A DNA stretch of 64,000 nt from Clostridia bacterium. Lineage in GTDB: Bacteria > Bacillota > Clostridia > UMGS1883. Where the stretch lies: the NCBI GenBank assembly GCA_045651805.1, contig JAZRTB010000078.1, positions 2,707-66,706 of the forward strand. The letters run 5' to 3'. The translations under genes and the position numbers were made by a program. Shown piece after piece: positions 9,656-17,810 of the stretch (within the stretch, counting starts at the first letter, position 1; every line of letters starts with the position of its first letter). A model generated the notes under the pieces. The model saw only the letters and a list, made by a program, of their open reading frames with translations. It was not told the DNA's origin and did not search any database.

Positions 9656-10186
9656 TTATACTAAATGTTTTGTATAAAAGCTGTTTGCAAGCAGCTTATA
9701 GATAGGCTTAAGCGAAGGCTCAAGCATAATGTTGAGAAGGTCAGAAAATACTCTTGCATCTTCCTTTGTGTATTCGCTGTCGGAAAGGATGGAAGAAATT
9801 CTCTTGTCATACATTGAGAAAAGCTCTGCCTTTTTAGCCTTATATTCGCTTCTTGAGTAGGTTTTGATTGCATCGTGTCTGAAAAAACCGATAGGTGCAT
9901 TAAAATCTACTTTTCTGAAAGCACTATTGTACTTAAGATCTTCAAAACCGATACATTTTTTATCGGGTAATGAAACTGTAATTATGTATCTGATAGGGAA
10001 GACAAGTGTTTTGTCAACTTCGCCTGTAACCTTGTACTTCAGGAAAGGAATCTGGAGGCAAAGTGTGGAGTTTTTCTGAACAAGCATAGGAATGCCTGCT
10101 GAATATCCCATCGGAATACCGCAGTTAAGATAAAAGTCGCTTGTTGTAAATTCTTTCATAAACTGATTTGTATCAAAATTTTTCAT
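9656..10186 (-). CDS. Hypothetical 176-aa soluble protein, translationally coupled to the upstream acidic protease-like gene
   Basis: Its ATG overlaps the upstream TAA stop (TAATG, shared A at 10186), with SD GGAGGT inside the upstream gene. No TM segment, signal peptide or motif recognised. Confidence 0.6.
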   Translation of the reverse strand: MKNFDTNQFMKEFTTSDFYLNCGIPMGYSAGIPMLVQKNSTLCLQIPFLKYKVTGEVDKTLVFPIRYIITVSLPDKKCIGFEDLKYNSAFRKVDFNAPIGFFRHDAIKTYSRSEYKAKKAELFSMYDKRISSILSDSEYTKEDARVFSDLLNIMLEPSLKPIYKLLANSFYTKHLV

Positions 10187-12582
10187 TATTCGTTACCTCC
10201 TACAAAACATTCTGTCATCTGGCAGTTACCATCTTCCCATGCATCAATGAATGCATCCATGGGAATTGCGAGGCCTGCACCATCGGGAACACCTGAATCA
10301 TTAACGATAACCATGGGGTTTTCGGGATCTGAATTGTCAATACCTATAACCTCAATAGCGTGGTCAATACCATCGGGAGCATAGGTGTAGTCGTTATCAC
10401 CTGTCCAATATTCATCTGCGTCAACAGATACAATTACCTTGTCACCGTCAGCAAGCGCTTCAGCAAGGTCATCGATTGTGTTTCCGTAGGTTGTTTCGTG
10501 AGGAACTCCGTAGTATTCAAGAAGCTTGTCCATGCAGTTAGTATATGTGCCACCTTCTTCGGTAAACCAACCGTTTTCTTCTGCAACATCACAAAGCTCT
10601 TCAATATCAACATCAGTACCTGTGTATTCTTCGATAACAAACATCTGTGCATAGATTGCACAACGGTTTGTGTTGCCCTGACTTTCCCAAAGGTCCATTG
10701 CTTCTTCCGGCTCACCGATTACCATATCGGGATCTGCCTCTGAAGGATCAAATCGTTCAAGGTCTTCGTAATATGTTGCATTTTCAGCGTTTGAGTCATA
10801 CTCGATTTCAGGAAGAACGATTTCTTCTGTATCGTCAGTATCCTCATACTCTACATCTTCAGTATATTCAGTATCTTCGATGTCTTCGGTGCTTTCGTAG
10901 TCAGAAGGTTCGTCTCCACCGATAACGTTCATATCAACACCTTCAGATTCGCGTATGCCCATATCAAAACTGTCGGTTGTGCCATCACCGTCAAGATCCT
11001 GTGCAGAAACGAAGAATTCCTTCATTTCACCTTCGGGGCCTTCAACGATGACTCTTGCTTCTGCAGAATCTGCAATGCCGTCGCCATCTGTGTCAAGTGT
11101 TTCGTAAACAACGTCTGCCTTGCCGTCCCCGTTAAGGTCCTGTGCGTGATAAGCGTAGTCAACATTTCCGTCACCGTCAAGGTCCTGCTCAACAGAGCTG
11201 TAGTCAGAAACACCGTCACCGTTTGAATCGTAGTCAGTTACAGCAGTATCAATAATACCATCACCGTCGGTATCTGCTGTGACAACTACAGAATCTGTAA
11301 CACCATCGCCATCAGTATCAAGTTCTTCATAGGTCTGGTCTACAACGCCATCACCATTTGTATCTGCTTCTTCGTAAATATAGTCAACAACGCCGTCGCC
11401 GTTAGTATCTTCTACATAGGAAGCGTAATCAATATTACCGTCACCATCAGTATCGGTAGCTTCATATGCGTAGTCTGAATTGCCGTCGCCATCAACGTCG
11501 CCTTCCTCGTAGATGTAGTCAACAGCACCGTCTCCATTAGTATCAGCTTCTTCGTAAGTGTAGTCAACAACTCCATCAGCGTTTGAGTCTTCGGCATAAA
11601 TTGCGTGGTCAATATTACCGTCGCCATCAGTATCGGTAGCTTCATATGCGAAATCTACATTGCCGTCAGCATCAAGGTCGCCTGCTTCATAAATATAGTC
11701 AACAGCACCGTCACCGTTCGTGTCTACCTCTTCATAAACGTAGTCGGTAACACCATCACTGTTGATATCTTCGCTGTATGCGGTATAATCAACAGTACCG
11801 TCACCGTTTGTATCGGCATATAAGTTTGCGTAATCGGCATTACCGTCGCCATCGATATCTGTTTCAATAAGTGTTTCGTCTACGATACCGTCGCCATTAT
11901 AATCTGTTTCGGTAACAGTAGTATCTTCTATACCGTCGCCATCTGAATCATATGAGAAAGATTCAGCTTCAGGCTCTTCGGTAACATACTCGGTAGCTTC
12001 AGGCTCTTCGGCGGTATACTCGGTTGATTCAGGTTCTTCGGTAGTATATTCTGTTTCCTCTTCTGCCAATTCCAAAGGAGCCATAAAGAGAGATTCTCCT
12101 TCTGTAGAACCGAACGAAACTTCATCATATACGCCGTCACCGTCAAGATCTGCTGCTTCAGCATAAGTAACAGTTGCACTTCCGTCGTCATTGGGGGTGA
12201 AGAAAGAAACACCGGAATAATCCATTGAACCGTCAAGATTTGTGTCAATCTGTTCGGTAAGAATATCCGCAATTCCGTCGCCGTCAAGGTCTTCTGCGTA
12301 CAACTCATAGTCAACCAAACCATCATTGTTGGTGTCAGAGGATAAAACGGTAATATCCGCAATACCATCACCATCTGTGTCTATATCAGCGTAGTATGAG
12401 TCTGCGATTCCGTCACCGTCGGTATCTACAAATTCTTCGTAAATATCGTAAGAATCGTCAGAAGCATCTGCTGCTTCGAAGTCTGATTCATCGTCTACAG
12501 ACCAAAGGTCTACATCCTCTTCGCCTGAAACCTCTTCTGTGCCGTAATCTTCATCGTCGTAATACATTTCTTCGTTTGTCAT
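10186..12582 (-). CDS. Leaderless, highly acidic protein: ~27 tandem DxDGDG calcium-loop repeats plus a C-terminal papain-fold (peptidase C39-like) domain
   Basis: The listed ORF starts at TTG 12597, but ATG 12582 (MTNEEMYY) sits 7 nt after GGAGGG, so it is the preferred start. N-terminal ~600 aa are Asp/Glu-rich with a 15-aa periodicity (DTNGDGVVDYIYEEA-like). The C-terminal ~170 aa carry QGNTNRCAIYAQM (Cys codon 10660..10662), DHAIEVIG (His 10360..10362) and VNDSG (Asp 10297..10299), with C39-like order and spacing. No signal peptide or TM segment. Confidence 0.7.
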   Translation of the reverse strand: MTNEEMYYDDEDYGTEEVSGEEDVDLWSVDDESDFEAADASDDSYDIYEEFVDTDGDGIADSYYADIDTDGDGIADITVLSSDTNNDGLVDYELYAEDLDGDGIADILTEQIDTNLDGSMDYSGVSFFTPNDDGSATVTYAEAADLDGDGVYDEVSFGSTEGESLFMAPLELAEEETEYTTEEPESTEYTAEEPEATEYVTEEPEAESFSYDSDGDGIEDTTVTETDYNGDGIVDETLIETDIDGDGNADYANLYADTNGDGTVDYTAYSEDINSDGVTDYVYEEVDTNGDGAVDYIYEAGDLDADGNVDFAYEATDTDGDGNIDHAIYAEDSNADGVVDYTYEEADTNGDGAVDYIYEEGDVDGDGNSDYAYEATDTDGDGNIDYASYVEDTNGDGVVDYIYEEADTNGDGVVDQTYEELDTDGDGVTDSVVVTADTDGDGIIDTAVTDYDSNGDGVSDYSSVEQDLDGDGNVDYAYHAQDLNGDGKADVVYETLDTDGDGIADSAEARVIVEGPEGEMKEFFVSAQDLDGDGTTDSFDMGIRESEGVDMNVIGGDEPSDYESTEDIEDTEYTEDVEYEDTDDTEEIVLPEIEYDSNAENATYYEDLERFDPSEADPDMVIGEPEEAMDLWESQGNTNRCAIYAQMFVIEEYTGTDVDIEELCDVAEENGWFTEEGGTYTNCMDKLLEYYGVPHETTYGNTIDDLAEALADGDKVIVSVDADEYWTGDNDYTYAPDGIDHAIEVIGIDNSDPENPMVIVNDSGVPDGAGLAIPMDAFIDAWEDGNCQMTECFVGGNE
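10969..12426 (-). repeat. Intragenic tandem coding repeats (15-aa D-x-[DN]-x-D-G-x-x-D units; also a 3x 10-aa TEYxxEEPEx repeat)
   Basis: Hand count of 27-28 D-x-D/N-x-D-G loops in the translated ORF. The DNA shows the matching ~45-nt periodicity (gtcaccatc / gccgtcgcc motifs). Confidence 0.8.
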
Positions 12583-12617
12583 ATATATTCCCTCCAATAT
12601 ATAATATAGGTACTTCC

Positions 12618-12646
12618 ATTATAAACCATTTGTATTTGTTTTGCAA
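12618..12646 (-). promoter_or_regulatory. Sigma-A-type promoter of the five-gene operon
   Basis: Minus strand reads TTGCAA (12646..12641), a 17-nt spacer, then TATAAT (12623..12618), about 35 nt upstream of ATG 12582. Confidence 0.6.
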
Positions 12647-12683
12647 TAGAAATGTGTAGAAAAATGTAGAAAAAACTGATGTC

Positions 12684-12829
12684 TAAAGCGGTGTTTACAT
12701 AGGGATAAATTGGTTTTAGAATGCTCTTTTCGGTTAATGCTTTACAAAAAAACGCGTAAAGCGGTGTTCACATAGAGATGAATTGGTTTTAGAATGCTCT
12801 TTTCGGTTAATACTTCACAAAAAAATCGC
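12684..12829. repeat. Two tandem copies of a 73-bp intergenic unit
   Basis: Units start at 12684 and 12757 (TAAAGCGGTGTTyACATAGrGATrAATTGGTTTTAGAATGCTCTTTTCGGTTAATrCTTyACAAAAAAA). About 90% identical by eye. Confidence 0.85.
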
Positions 12830-12860
12830 ATAATACGTCAGTATTACGCGATTTTTATTG
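12815..12860 (-). terminator. Rho-independent terminator of the downstream GT2 gene (hairpin usable on both strands)
   Basis: Stem ATCGCATAATAC/GTATTACGCGAT (one mismatch), loop GTCA, flanked by an A7 run on + (U-run on minus) and by TTTTTATT on +. Confidence 0.7.
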
Positions 12861-12914
12861 CTATGTCTTAACTCAAAAATATCTATTCTAAAACTGCTTC
12901 GCACCCAAAAACCA

Positions 12915-14381
12915 TCAGTTTTTCGTGATTCTGTCTTTTGAAATTTCAATCTGATTAATTGTGATTGTGCTGGTATGGGGAATAGGCTTCCACTCGATTT
13001 TCATAAACACACAGGCATATAATGTCCATCTGCCGATAGCATCAAAAAACGGCCAGGTGATTGTGTAGAGGATTTTCTTGTAAAACGGCATTTTTATCAT
13101 ACGCTTTCTTTCTACGATAAAAACATAGACTGCCACAAGCATTGATTGTATATGAAACCGGATTTTGTTGATGGCGTTGTGGAATATTGCTACAAGAATC
13201 GTAATTACAGCAGCTGCAACGCCGGGGTCTTTGCTTATTTCAAATCCGGTTCTGAATACGATTGACAAACCCTTTGAAAGGAAATTTTCTCCGGTAAAAA
13301 GGGGAAGTGCGTCAATACCATTGTTAAAACTCAGAAATGCCTGTACTGCCACATAAGTGAAAAGCCAGGATGCAAGTGTGAATAAATGCACCGGAACAAG
13401 CATTGCAAGAGTGTCAAGGGCGGCAACTCTGACACGAATCTCCTCGGCAAAGCCTTTCTTTTTGGGAGTAAACTGTGAATCTGATTTATATGAACTTCCG
13501 AGAAAAATCTTTTTTAAAAGCGGGAATCCCGTTTCGCAAAACGCCATAAAATGTCCCTTTGACCAACGGAGTCTCTGCCTTAAGGCGACTTTGATTTTTG
13601 TAGGTTGCTCATCGTAAAATTCTGCCGCATCATTATAGGTAATAGGATAACCCTTTACTACGGCATCTGCAGTAAATGCACGGTCTTCTGTAAGGGAGGT
13701 GAAGCGCCACCCGTCACGGACAAGCTCGTTTGCAAAAAGGAAACCTGTTCCCTGAATGTTTGTTGCCAGATGCAGTACGGAACGAGCCCTGTGACCGAAA
13801 CGGATTGAACGGAGCCAATGCAGAGCATAATTTGAAGCAATCCAGTTTTCATCAAAATTTTTAGTGTTTCGGTAAGAAGTAATGATTTTTTCGCCTTCGT
13901 CAAATGCTTCGTTCATTCGTGTTATATAATCAACATTCAGAAGATTGTCTGCGTCAAAGATGAAGTATCCCTCAAAAGTTTCTATACCGTAATCGTTTTT
14001 GATGTTTTCAAAAAGAAATTGTAAAGCAAAACCCTTTGTTCTTTCTGCCGTATTGAATCTTTCGTAACAAATTGCACCTTTTTCACGGGCAACAGTCGCA
14101 GTATTGTCGGTGCAATTGTCTGCAACAACAAAGACTGTAAGATTTTCTGCCGGATAATCCTGCCTTTTTATACTGTCAAGAAGGTTTCCTATAACGGTCT
14201 CTTCATTTCGTGCAGCGATGAGTATTGCGTATTTGTGAAAATTTTTTGCAGGCTTGAATTTTCTGGTGAAAAACATACCGATTACAACGTAACCCGCAAC
14301 GTATAATGCAAAAATTGTGACGCATACAGAGAAAATTATGTCAATTACACCATTCAGATTCACTCTACTATCTCCTTTCAT
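12915..14381 (-). CDS. Membrane-embedded processive family-2 glycosyltransferase (copy A)
   Basis: N-terminal TM segment, GT2 core (ILIAARNEE, VVADNCTDNT, FDADN), Q(R)xRW motif ALRQRLRWSKGH, then several C-terminal TM helices. The true start may be GTG 14363 (AAGGAG 8 nt upstream) rather than ATG 14381. Confidence 0.8.
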   Translation of the reverse strand: MKGDSRVNLNGVIDIIFSVCVTIFALYVAGYVVIGMFFTRKFKPAKNFHKYAILIAARNEETVIGNLLDSIKRQDYPAENLTVFVVADNCTDNTATVAREKGAICYERFNTAERTKGFALQFLFENIKNDYGIETFEGYFIFDADNLLNVDYITRMNEAFDEGEKIITSYRNTKNFDENWIASNYALHWLRSIRFGHRARSVLHLATNIQGTGFLFANELVRDGWRFTSLTEDRAFTADAVVKGYPITYNDAAEFYDEQPTKIKVALRQRLRWSKGHFMAFCETGFPLLKKIFLGSSYKSDSQFTPKKKGFAEEIRVRVAALDTLAMLVPVHLFTLASWLFTYVAVQAFLSFNNGIDALPLFTGENFLSKGLSIVFRTGFEISKDPGVAAAVITILVAIFHNAINKIRFHIQSMLVAVYVFIVERKRMIKMPFYKKILYTITWPFFDAIGRWTLYACVFMKIEWKPIPHTSTITINQIEISKDRITKN

Positions 14382-14389
14382 ATAAACAC

Positions 14390-14423
14390 AGAAACGGTAA
14401 GCAGACTTTCTGTTACCGTTTCT
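14390..14423 (-). other. Intercistronic 11-bp hairpin between the LtaS-like gene and GT2 copy A
   Basis: AGAAACGGTAA / TTACCGTTTCT perfect inverted repeat with a 12-nt loop. The following U-tract on the minus strand is weak (GTGTTTAT), so this may be an attenuator or processing site rather than a full terminator. Confidence 0.35.
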
Positions 14424-14434
14424 TGTAAGAAGCT

Positions 14435-16333
14435 CTATTGTTGTTCTTTGATTCTCCTGAAGAAGTCATACTTCAGCGTCAGATCGTTTTTCTTTATGAT
14501 ATTGTTTATCTGGTCGTTCATTGTATCAAGATACACCTTATCAATTGTTTCCGTGCTTACACTATCGCTGTAATTGATATAATTCGTGCCGTCAAACCAG
14601 GAGTAATCGCTGAAAAATACGTAGCCTTTATAATCTACATCCATTATATCGCTGCCGACATAGTTTTCATTACAGTATTCAATACCAAGCATATTCAATA
14701 CTGTGGGGAGAATGTCAAGCTGTGAATTTGTTTTTATAACTTCAGTACCTTCCATGCCGTTGCTCCAGATAAAGAACGGAGTTCTGTTGATTCTGTTGTC
14801 TGATGTCTCTTTGTACTTGTCAAGTATGGTTTTGTCATTGAGCGTGTACAGATAGTGATCGGCATATGCTACTATAATTGTGTCGTCAAGAAGGTTGTTG
14901 TCCTTTAAAGCTTTAAGGAGTAGCTCTACCATATAGTCCGTTTCCGAAGCATACAGTCTGGCAACCTCTTCCTCGGACAGGTTACCGGGGATTTTAACAC
15001 CGTCATCCGCTGATTTTTTTGCAAGAAGCTTACCAAGCTTACTGTCTATCGTGAAGGGCGTATGCGGGGTGTAAGTTATGACATAATGCATAAAAGGACC
15101 ATCCTGCTTAAACATTTTGTCATAGAAGTCTTCGTTGAGAATCAATTCTCTGTCAAGCTGATAGGATGCATCTCTGTAATGCTTTGAAGTATCCATCAGA
15201 CTGTAATAATTTTCGTATCCCCAGTTGCGGTAGTTGATATCGCGCATATAATACTCGCCATTATTCATATGGAACGCATTTGCAGAATATCCCTCTTTTT
15301 TAAGCATATTGGGAAGAGAGTAGGGGAAGTAGTTCTGATTGAACGAATATGCGTTCTGGACATAGGAAATGGGAGTAATAAATCCTGTTGATACTGCAAG
15401 TTCGGAATTGAATGTAGAACCACCGCCTGTATAATAGGAATAGTGGTTAGTAAAGTTGAATGAATTTTTGAGCATTCCGTATATTGTTGGGGTATCTTTT
15501 TCATTAAGAAGCCAGCTGTCAAGACCCTCAAGCTGAAGAAAAATAACATTTTTTCCTTTGAAAATACCGGTGTAGTCATTTTCGGCATGAGGAGTCTGTT
15601 CGCTGTAAGTTCTTTCAAGGAATTTGATTTCTTCAGGATTCTCCGGCTCTTCCGGCTTCAGATATGTCATATAAAAATCACGGAAAGAATATTCAAAAAG
15701 TCCGCAGATTTTTATACATTTGTTTGAATCGTTAAAGTTTTCATATACGTTACGGGGATTACGCCAGGTGTCCCAAGAGAGAGAAGAGTTGGCAGGACCG
15801 AGCAGAATGGGCGTAATTGTGTGAAGTATAATAAAAACTGAAAGAAAAACAGTTATTCTTGTAGGATGGTTGTGCTGCACTTTCGGAAACTTCACAATTA
15901 CATGAATACCCGAAGCCAATGTGAGTGCACACACGAGAAAGCTGATAAAAGAAACACTTTTGAGAGTGTCCAATATATATGCCTTACCCTCGCTGGCAGA
16001 CTGAAGCAGATTGAAACTGAAAAAGTAGCCTGTATAAGGATAATAGACATAGTGAGTCAGAAAGAGTGCGTAGAATAATACAAAAACAGCCGCGTAAAAT
16101 ATCTGACCGATTTTTCCTTTCAGACTTCGTGAAATCGTTACAATTATTCCTATCCACATCAATGCAAAAAGAATGTTGGGAATAATAGTCTGAAACTGAA
16201 AATAGCTGACATCAGATGCCAAAAATTTGATAAAGGCATCCATAATCATAAAAGGCATAGCTAAAAATAAAATGTTTCTTCTTTCTTTGACAATAATATG
16301 CCAAAACTCTTTAAATGTATTATTGCTTTCCAT
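14435..16333 (-). CDS. LTA synthase family protein (LtaS-like polyglycerolphosphate/phosphoglycerol transferase, sulfatase fold)
   Basis: Five N-terminal TM helices and an extracellular alkaline-phosphatase/sulfatase-type domain. Candidate catalytic Thr in GGGSTFNSELAVSTGF (compare the LtaS TSDxEF region), plus VAYADHY. Confidence 0.75.
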   Translation of the reverse strand: MESNNTFKEFWHIIVKERRNILFLAMPFMIMDAFIKFLASDVSYFQFQTIIPNILFALMWIGIIVTISRSLKGKIGQIFYAAVFVLFYALFLTHYVYYPYTGYFFSFNLLQSASEGKAYILDTLKSVSFISFLVCALTLASGIHVIVKFPKVQHNHPTRITVFLSVFIILHTITPILLGPANSSLSWDTWRNPRNVYENFNDSNKCIKICGLFEYSFRDFYMTYLKPEEPENPEEIKFLERTYSEQTPHAENDYTGIFKGKNVIFLQLEGLDSWLLNEKDTPTIYGMLKNSFNFTNHYSYYTGGGSTFNSELAVSTGFITPISYVQNAYSFNQNYFPYSLPNMLKKEGYSANAFHMNNGEYYMRDINYRNWGYENYYSLMDTSKHYRDASYQLDRELILNEDFYDKMFKQDGPFMHYVITYTPHTPFTIDSKLGKLLAKKSADDGVKIPGNLSEEEVARLYASETDYMVELLLKALKDNNLLDDTIIVAYADHYLYTLNDKTILDKYKETSDNRINRTPFFIWSNGMEGTEVIKTNSQLDILPTVLNMLGIEYCNENYVGSDIMDVDYKGYVFFSDYSWFDGTNYINYSDSVSTETIDKVYLDTMNDQINNIIKKNDLTLKYDFFRRIKEQQ

Positions 16334-17810
16334 TTAAAACTTCCTCTTTTGATTTTTCAATCTGGTGAATGGTTACTGTGCTTGTGTGAGGAATAGGTTT
16401 CCACTCAACTTTCATAAACAAAGCAAAGTAAGTAGTCCATCTTCCTATAGCATCGAAAACAGGCCAAGTGAATGTGTAGAGAACTTTTTTATAAAATGGG
16501 ATTTTAATAATTCGCTTACGCTCAGTAATAAATAAATATACAGCGCCAATTGTTGACTTAAGATGATAATTGATTCTGCCTATAGCATTCCACACAACTG
16601 CCAATGTTATGGAAAGCAATGCGGCAACAATTCCAGGATTTGCACTTACGGCAAAACCTGTTCCGCAGATAAAACGCAAAAGCTTTGAAAGCTCATTGTT
16701 TCCGCGGAAGATATATTGTGTTTCGAGCCCTGTTGAATAACGCAGGCACGCGTGAATGAAAATTGTGACAATAAGCCACAATGCCACCTTGACTACTGCT
16801 GTAGGAACAAGCTGTGCCAATGTATCAAAGGAAGCCCATCTGATTTTAACTTCGTCAATAAAAGCCTCGGAAAATTTACGCTTTTTTGATTTGTCACGGT
16901 AGCGGTTTCCGAGAATAATATTCATAAACAGAGAACCACCGGTTTCGGTAAATGCCATCAGATGACCTTTGGACCATCTGATTCTCTGACGTAATGCAAC
17001 CTTTATGCTTGTAGGCTGTTCATCAAAAAATTCTGCCGCATCATTGTAGGAAATCATATATCCTTTGGCAACGGCATCTGCTGTAAAAGCACGGTCTTCT
17101 GTAAGGGAAGTATAGTGCCAGCCATCACGGACAAGTTCATTTGCAAAAAGGAACCCTGTACCCTGAATGTTTGTTGCCAGACGGAGAACAGAGCGAGCCC
17201 TGTGTCTGAAACGGATGGAACGAAGCCAATGGAGTGCATAGGTTGATGCAATCCAGTTTTCGTCAAAGTTTTTAGTGTTTCTGTAGGAAGTAATTACCTT
17301 TTCACCTGAATCAAAAGCTTCATTCATTCTTGTGATGTAGTCAACATTCAAAAGGTTGTCTGCGTCAAATATGAAGTAACCGTCAAAGGACTCGATGCCA
17401 TAATCATCGCGGATGTTTTCAAACAAAAACTGCAGTGCAAATCCCTTTGTTCGTTGAGAGGTGTTGAATCTTTCGTAACATATTGCACCTTTTTCTCTTG
17501 CGATGCCTGCAGTATTGTCTGTGCAGTTATCGGCTACAACAAATACTGTAACAAGCTCTTTCGGATAGTCTTGAAGTGCGATACTGTCAAGAAGATTTCC
17601 GATAACAGATTCTTCGTTTCTTGCCGCAATAAGAACAGCATATTTATGCTTGTTTTGTGTAGGCTTGAACTTTCTGGTAAAGAAGAAACCGAGAATTCTG
17701 TAAAACCACACGTGAAATGTAAAAATACCAAGGGCAGAGAATATAAATGCACGGAAAATATTGCTCTGTTCATATATACTGCCGATGGCGGAAATTATGT
17801 CATTAATCAT
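16320..17810 (-). CDS. Membrane-embedded processive family-2 glycosyltransferase (copy B, paralog of 12915..14381)
   Basis: About 85% identical to copy A over the ~245-aa catalytic core by hand alignment, with the same FDADN and QRIRWSKGH motifs. The listed ORF starts at TTG 17840, but ATG 17810 (MINDIIS) follows GGAGG by 6 nt. The stop overlaps the LtaS-like start by 14 nt. Confidence 0.8.
   Translation of the reverse strand: MINDIISAIGSIYEQSNIFRAFIFSALGIFTFHVWFYRILGFFFTRKFKPTQNKHKYAVLIAARNEESVIGNLLDSIALQDYPKELVTVFVVADNCTDNTAGIAREKGAICYERFNTSQRTKGFALQFLFENIRDDYGIESFDGYFIFDADNLLNVDYITRMNEAFDSGEKVITSYRNTKNFDENWIASTYALHWLRSIRFRHRARSVLRLATNIQGTGFLFANELVRDGWHYTSLTEDRAFTADAVAKGYMISYNDAAEFFDEQPTSIKVALRQRIRWSKGHLMAFTETGGSLFMNIILGNRYRDKSKKRKFSEAFIDEVKIRWASFDTLAQLVPTAVVKVALWLIVTIFIHACLRYSTGLETQYIFRGNNELSKLLRFICGTGFAVSANPGIVAALLSITLAVVWNAIGRINYHLKSTIGAVYLFITERKRIIKIPFYKKVLYTFTWPVFDAIGRWTTYFALFMKVEWKPIPHTSTVTIHQIEKSKEEVLNGKQ

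Noticed and set aside
10969-12426. Periodic ~45-nt DNA repeats considered as a CRISPR-like array or as dockerin modules
   Set aside because: The periodicity is in-frame inside a long ORF with strong coding character. There are no spacer-like unique segments. The units are single 15-aa Ca loops rather than paired 22-aa dockerin segments, and no cohesin context is visible.
3511-12646. Whether the five-gene operon sits on a mobile or prophage island
   Set aside because: I see no integrase, transposase, tRNA target, flanking direct repeats or obvious compositional break by eye, so I do not claim mobility. This needs GC-skew or k-mer analysis to settle.
12684-12829. 73-bp tandem repeat considered as a minimal CRISPR array
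   Set aside because: There are only two directly abutting copies with no spacers, no cas genes in the window, and the unit is too long for a CRISPR repeat.
12825-12852. Near-identical terminator cores CGC(A/G)TAATAC...GTATTACGCG at 12825..12852 and 31090..31117, considered as a dispersed repeat element
   Set aside because: The shared sequence is only ~12 bp per arm, both are in standard terminator positions, and the flanks are unrelated. This is most simply convergent or family-typical terminator sequence, although a genome-wide count could revisit it.
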